DNA of 64,000 bases from Acidimicrobiia bacterium (GTDB taxonomy: Bacteria; Actinomycetota; Acidimicrobiia; Spongiisociales; UBA5794), in assembly GCA_029939995.1 (NCBI GenBank), contig JAOZRW010000001.1, positions 25,656 to 89,655 on the forward strand, given 5' to 3'. Within the stretch, counting starts at the first letter, position 1. Each line of letters begins with the position of its first letter. Below the pieces are notes generated by a model. That model worked only from the letters and a program-made list of their open reading frames with translations. It searched no databases and was not told the DNA's origin. Positions 59,474 through 64,000 of this stretch are shown in pieces. The position numbers and the translations under genes were made by a program.

Positions 59474-60733
59474 TTATCCGGCGGAGCTCGCCCCTTCCAT
59501 GCCTTCGAGGAGTTGCTCCATGTACCAGATCTGCGGATCCGTCGCCGTCTCGCCGTCGGCGAGGAACGGGGATCCGTCCTGGTAGTTCAACGGGCCGACG
59601 AACGGGTTGATGGACCCGTCGCCGAGACCCTTGATGAACGTGTCGAGCGTTGCCGCGGCGTCGCTCGAGAGCGCATCGCCGTCGACCCACCCGATCATGC
59701 TCGTGTCCGGGTTGTTCATGTCGGTCCAGTCGGGTCCGATCCACTGGAACTGGGCCGTGTAGCTGCCGTCGAGCACCGAATTCAGCACGTCGAGGTACGC
59801 CGGGCCCCAGTTGAAGTAGGGAACACCGAGACAGACCTCGGGAGCTTCGCTGCACGCGCCCACGAAGTCGTACGGGATCGCCCACACGTTCTCGCCGGCC
59901 GCGGCCCGCTGGCCTGCAACGACGAGGGCCTCGGTGGTGTCGATTCCCGAGATCACGACGTCGGCGCCGCCGTCGTAGAAGGCGTTCGTGACCTCGGTCG
60001 GATCGAGCGTCACACCGGGGATGTTGAACCAGAACCCGATCCAGTTGACTTCCACGTTGAGCATCGCCGGGTCGTTGCCCGCATCTTCCCAACACTGCTG
60101 GGCGCCGAGGTAGACCGAGCTCGCAAGCCGGCGCGTCTCGTCGTTGATGAGCGGACCGAGGTAGGCGATCTTGCCGGTCTCCGAGGTCAGAGCCGCGGCG
60201 CATCCGGCGATCATCTTGCCGTAGATCATCTTGCCCATGATGTTGCCGAGTCGCTGCAGGTCGGGTTTGTAGTCCTGACCGTCGGCCCATGCGCTGTCAC
60301 CCGACGACCAGATCATCGGGACGTCGGGATGGGCTGCCGCGGCCGCTTCGATCCCGTCCTTCATGTCATCCGACGTCGCGAAGATCAGCTTGGCGCCCTG
60401 GTCGATCATGTCGTCGACGACCTGCTCGACGGATGTCTCAGGCCGGTCCGCGGGGTTGACGGAATCCAGCGAGATCATCTTGGCGCCGGTCTTCTCCTCG
60501 AGGTACTTTCCGGCTTCGAAGTGTGCCTGGGACCAGCCGTGGTCGTTCTCCGGCCCGACGAGGATCATTCCGAAAGTGAATCCTTCTCCCGCGGGAGCAG
60601 CCACCGTGGTCGTCGACTCGGCGGGTGCCGCCGTGGTCGTCGTCTCCTCGCTGGAACTGCTGCATGCCGCAGCGATCAGCGCGAGAACGGCCAGCAACGC
60701 CAGCAGTCCGAATGCCCGTCTCGGTCGTTTCAT
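59474..60733 (-). CDS. BMP family (PnrA-like) ABC substrate-binding lipoprotein
   Basis: Lipobox LIAAAC and a Ser/Thr-rich linker. FGMILVGPENDHGWSQAH is typical of BMP nucleoside-binding proteins. Confidence 0.9.
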   Translation of the reverse strand: MKRPRRAFGLLALLAVLALIAAACSSSSEETTTTAAPAESTTTVAAPAGEGFTFGMILVGPENDHGWSQAHFEAGKYLEEKTGAKMISLDSVNPADRPETSVEQVVDDMIDQGAKLIFATSDDMKDGIEAAAAAHPDVPMIWSSGDSAWADGQDYKPDLQRLGNIMGKMIYGKMIAGCAAALTSETGKIAYLGPLINDETRRLASSVYLGAQQCWEDAGNDPAMLNVEVNWIGFWFNIPGVTLDPTEVTNAFYDGGADVVISGIDTTEALVVAGQRAAAGENVWAIPYDFVGACSEAPEVCLGVPYFNWGPAYLDVLNSVLDGSYTAQFQWIGPDWTDMNNPDTSMIGWVDGDALSSDAAATLDTFIKGLGDGSINPFVGPLNYQDGSPFLADGETATDPQIWYMEQLLEGMEGASSAG

Positions 60734-60879
60734 CCGTGCCTCCAGTCGTTTCGGTCACGTAACGGAATCTGCGGCACGCCCGTACGGCGACCGCAGGGTT
60801 CCGCCATCCACTCTAGGCCGAAGGGATCGCGGTGAGATGCACCGGACTTGCGCTCCGCGCTCCGGTGCTCGAAACTCCG

Positions 60880-62322
60880 ATGATGGAACGTTTCGCACAG
60901 CGCCGGGCCCAGTTCATGGAGCGGATCGGGGATGGGATCGCCGTCGTTCCCGCCGCCACCGAGACCGTTCGGAACGACGATGTCCATCACGAGTTCCGCC
61001 AGGCATCGAACTTCTTCTTCCTGACCGGATTCGACGAGCCGGATGCGGTGGCGCTCTTCGATCCTTCCCACGACCGGCCCTATGTCCTGTTCGTCCGGCC
61101 CAGGGATCCCGAGATGGAGTCCTGGAACGGCAAGAGAGCCGGCGTCGACGGGGCGAAGGAGCGATTCGGGGCGGACGATGCCCATCCGATCGCAGACCTC
61201 GGCAAGGTGCTGCGCGACCGGTTCCGCGGCCGCGAGGCGCTCTGGTACGGCCTCGGCTCGACGGTCGACGCCGAAGTTCTCGCAGCGTTGCGGCAGGCGC
61301 GATCCATGCGGATCAGAACTGGGGAGGTCGTTCCTTCCTCCGTCGTCGACCCGGCCGTCGTGCTCAGCGAACTGCGGTTGATCAAGTCGGATCACGAGAT
61401 CGACGCGCTCCGCGAGGCATGTCGGATCTCCTCCGAGGGGCATGCCGAGGCGATCCGTTTCGCCCGCCCCGGCCGATCCGAACATGACGTCGAAGCGGCT
61501 ATGGAGTACGTGTTCCGCGGGTCGGGCGCCGTTCGGGAGGGATACCCGTCGATCGTCGCGTCGGGGGACAACGCATGCATCCTCCACTACGTCGAGAACG
61601 ACAGCGTTCTGACGGACGGCGATCTCCTCCTCATCGATGCCGCCGCGGAGATCGGATACCTGTCCTCCGACATCACCCGGACGTTCCCGGTCAACGGCCG
61701 TTTCAGTGAGGCGCAGCGTGCCGTGTACGACGTGGTCCTCGCCGCGCAGGAGGCCGTGATCGAAGCGTGTGCGCCGGGTCTGCGGTACACCGACATGCAC
61801 GACATCGCGGTCCGCGTGCTGACGGGCGGCATGGTCGATCTCGGCCTCATTCCCGGACCGGTCGATGAGGCGATCCGGTACGGGTGGTATCGGGAGTTCT
61901 ACTTCCACGGGACCGGGCACTGGCTCGGCATGGACGTCCACGACGCGGGGGCCTACAAGATCGACGGCGAGGGTCGTCCGCTCGTGCCCGGCATGACGTT
62001 CACGGTCGAACCGGGGATCTACGTCGCACGGGAGAAATCGTCGATCGATCTCTACGAGGTGCCTTTCGATGCCGACGCCGAACGGGATCTGGCGTATCGC
62101 GAAGGCGCGAGCGAAGCGAAACGCATCATCGCCGAGCGAAAGGACGGGGCGGAGAAGATCACGCATCGGGTCCCCGACCGCTTTCTCGGTATCGGCATCC
62201 GGATCGAGGACGATCTGCTGGTCACGCCGTCCGGCTGCGAGAACCTCACACGCGGTGTTCCGGTCGATCCCGACGAGATCGAGGCACTGTGGAACGAGGC
62301 TCCGACCGTTCCCGTGATCTGA
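60880..62322 (+). CDS. pepP: Xaa-Pro aminopeptidase (M24B)
   Basis: FRQASNFFFLTGFDEP, DLLLIDAAAE, HGTGHWLGMDVHD, EPGIY and IRIEDD metal ligands. Confidence 0.9.
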   Translation: MMERFAQRRAQFMERIGDGIAVVPAATETVRNDDVHHEFRQASNFFFLTGFDEPDAVALFDPSHDRPYVLFVRPRDPEMESWNGKRAGVDGAKERFGADDAHPIADLGKVLRDRFRGREALWYGLGSTVDAEVLAALRQARSMRIRTGEVVPSSVVDPAVVLSELRLIKSDHEIDALREACRISSEGHAEAIRFARPGRSEHDVEAAMEYVFRGSGAVREGYPSIVASGDNACILHYVENDSVLTDGDLLLIDAAAEIGYLSSDITRTFPVNGRFSEAQRAVYDVVLAAQEAVIEACAPGLRYTDMHDIAVRVLTGGMVDLGLIPGPVDEAIRYGWYREFYFHGTGHWLGMDVHDAGAYKIDGEGRPLVPGMTFTVEPGIYVAREKSSIDLYEVPFDADAERDLAYREGASEAKRIIAERKDGAEKITHRVPDRFLGIGIRIEDDLLVTPSGCENLTRGVPVDPDEIEALWNEAPTVPVI

Positions 62323-62343
62323 CGGCCGTGGAACCGTCTCCCG

Positions 62344-64000
62344 TCACGATCCCCGCAGTGACTTCCTGAACGACTCGAGCGATCGGACGACACCCGAAGC
62401 ATCTTCGCCGATTCGCGGGAGCTTCGCCGACTGGCGCTCGTAGCGGCTGCGCGAGGAACGCTCCGGCGACGGCGCCTCTTCGGCCGTCTCCGTGGGAGCC
62501 GGCTCCGCCGCCTCCCACTCTGCACGCGCTACCGGCGGCTCGTCGTGCGATTCACGGACGACCGGCTCGGAGTCTGCCGCAACGACTTCGTCGCGAAGCC
62601 GGGTGGCTTCCTCTTCGGCCTCTGCGAGACGCCTCTCCGCACGGGCCCGGATGCTCTCAGCCGATTCCCGCGCCTCGGCGAGGATCCGCTCGGCCTGCGC
62701 CTCGGCCTGATCGGCGAGTTCCTTCGCCCTCGATTCGGCGACGCGGAGCGCCTCCTCGGCGGCTTCGGCGGCTGCGTTCGCCTTGGCGCTCGTATCATCG
62801 ATCGTGTCGGCAGCTGCGGACCGTTCGTCGAGCTCGCGTTCGCGCCGCTCGATCTCGGCGATGCGGACCCGGAGCTCGTCTTTCTCGGCCTCGTGCTCTG
62901 CAGCCCGGCGATTCAGTTCGTCCCGCCGGCCCGCCAGGTCGGCTTTCTCCCGCTCGATCTCCTCCGCGAGGGCTGCATGCTCCGATCGGAGCTGCTCGAG
63001 CTCGCGAACTTCGGCCTGAAGCCGCTCGAGTTCCGCCTCCGCAGCGGTGGCTTCTCCTTCAGCGGAGGCGCGGATCCCGACGGCTTCGCGCTGTGCCTGC
63101 TCCACGATCTCGAAGGCCCGACGCTCGGCGTCGGCGAGATCGGCCGCCTGCATCCGAGCCGCCGTCAAGACGCGATCGGCCTCGTCCCGGAGGGCGTTCG
63201 CCGCGAGGCGGATCTCTTCGGCTTCGACCTTCGCCGCATCGAGCGTCTCGGCTGCGTTGCGCGCCTCGTTCTCGGCTTCTTCGAAGATGCGCGACGCTTC
63301 GCTCTCCTTGGCGGCGATCTGCTCGGCTTGCTCCGCCGCCTCTGCATGGATCCTTTCGACCTCGGCCGTTGCTTCGGCGATCTTCCCCGCTGCAGCGGCT
63401 TCCGCTTCGCCCACGATCTCCGCCGCCCGGTCCTCGGCCGTCTGGAGCACCTGGAGCTGCTCCTCGTACTCCTGACGGACCGATGCTGCCTTTTCACGCA
63501 TGCGGGCCACGTCGTCCCTGGCCGCGGCGGTCATCTGCTCGACCGAATCGCGGGCTTCGGCGAGAAGCGCCTCCGCTTCGGATCTGAGCCTGGCGGACTG
63601 CTCGTCGGCCGATGCGGCCCACTGCTGTGCGTCCGCACGGATCGATTCTGCGGCCTCTCCGGCATCGGCCTGTATCACTGCCGCCGCCTCCTCGGCGGCG
63701 CGGATCAGCTCGGCGGCGCGATCCTCGGCGGCGACCCGCTCCCGCTCGGCATCCTCGATCGACGCGAGACGCACGCGTTCGGCCTCCTCGTACGCCTCGA
63801 GCACCGCCCCCTCCGCCTGAAGGGCGATCTCTTCGACGGATGCGATCCGTTCCTCGGCACGCGCCTCCGCTGCGAGGAGCATGCGATGCTGCTCGTCGGC
63901 CGCTTCCCACGAAGTTTCGGCGTCGACGAGAAGGCTGAGGGCGCGTTCTTCCTCCTCGGCGGCCTCCGCGAACCTGGCCTCGATCTTTCGATACGCCTGG
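62344..64000 (-). CDS. Ala/Glu-rich long coiled-coil protein (DivIVA/Scy-like?), N-terminus beyond the window
   Basis: The reading frame stays open to the window edge (..QAYRKIEARFAEAAEEEERALSLL.. precedes the track start). Repetitive A-x-x-A-E-x-I helical modules. Basic tail SRSRYERQSAKLPRIGEDASGVV. Confidence 0.7.
   Translation of the reverse strand, partial: QAYRKIEARFAEAAEEEERALSLLVDAETSWEAADEQHRMLLAAEARAEERIASVEEIALQAEGAVLEAYEEAERVRLASIEDAERERVAAEDRAAELIRAAEEAAAVIQADAGEAAESIRADAQQWAASADEQSARLRSEAEALLAEARDSVEQMTAAARDDVARMREKAASVRQEYEEQLQVLQTAEDRAAEIVGEAEAAAAGKIAEATAEVERIHAEAAEQAEQIAAKESEASRIFEEAENEARNAAETLDAAKVEAEEIRLAANALRDEADRVLTAARMQAADLADAERRAFEIVEQAQREAVGIRASAEGEATAAEAELERLQAEVRELEQLRSEHAALAEEIEREKADLAGRRDELNRRAAEHEAEKDELRVRIAEIERRERELDERSAAADTIDDTSAKANAAAEAAEEALRVAESRAKELADQAEAQAERILAEARESAESIRARAERRLAEAEEEATRLRDEVVAADSEPVVRESHDEPPVARAEWEAAEPAPTETAEEAPSPERSSRSRYERQSAKLPRIGEDASGVVRSLESFRKSLRGS

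Noticed and set aside
58805-60835. 676-aa plus-strand ORF, with similar long ORFs at 15898-17148 (minus), 60730-62166 (minus) and 862-2139 (plus)
   Set aside because: All lie opposite to, or out of frame with, clearly recognisable genes (ABC ATPase/SBP, dnaK, pepP, PFOR). Their composition is shadow-frame like.
60734-60879. Possible purine or ZTP-type riboswitch upstream of the BMP nucleoside transporter
   Set aside because: The leader lacks the conserved purine-riboswitch loop and junction sequences and the pfl/ZTP core that I can recall. Only generic GC hairpins are present.

Overview
High-GC (roughly two-thirds G+C by eye) chromosomal segment with Actinomycetota-type content: a dnaK-grpE-dnaJ-hspR operon, a DDN/F420-family enzyme and a Gram-positive style Tad/Flp pilus locus. 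I can support about 70 protein genes, one tRNA-Lys(UUU) and one tandem glycine riboswitch. Gene order, left to right: (1) PFOR (cut by the left edge), pspA plus a membrane partner, proline dehydrogenase and proC. (2) A small accessory patch: wHTH-DUF559 gene, macro-domain gene, murI, nitroreductase, PLDc_N-SHOCT. (3) fadE/tetR, hydrolase, rhodanese plus a CsoR/CstR-like repressor, and the dnaK operon. (4) Class-V aminotransferase, GH1 beta-glucosidase, DUF1684, amidohydrolase, thioesterase and a group-2 sigma factor. (5) fadA-fadB plus an extra 3-hydroxyacyl-CoA dehydrogenase paralog, PNPOx-like, MFS, riboswitch-controlled gcvP plus a DDN gene, USP and a HAD-IG 5'-nucleotidase. (6) A 10-gene Tad/Flp locus, kbl-tdh, SRAP, two ABC-2 exporters, a META lipoprotein, vapBC and a 5'-3' exonuclease. 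(7) tRNA-Lys, a purine/nucleoside salvage cluster (deaminase plus BMP-type ABC importer), pepP and a long Ala/Glu-rich coiled-coil protein (cut by the right edge). Many long ORFs in the supplied track are antisense or out-of-frame shadows typical of high-GC DNA. Both edge-truncated genes and a 51-codon Flp pilin are absent from the track. The two most unusual signals are non-coding. First, a 52-nt hairpin-forming element occurs three times within 3 kb, and two inverted copies bracket the wHTH-DUF559 gene in a REP/RAYT-like layout. Second, a 316-bp hairpin-dense intergenic element is closed by a perfect 25-bp inverted repeat between two convergent genes. All functional calls rest on motif and family recognition by eye; no database search was run.
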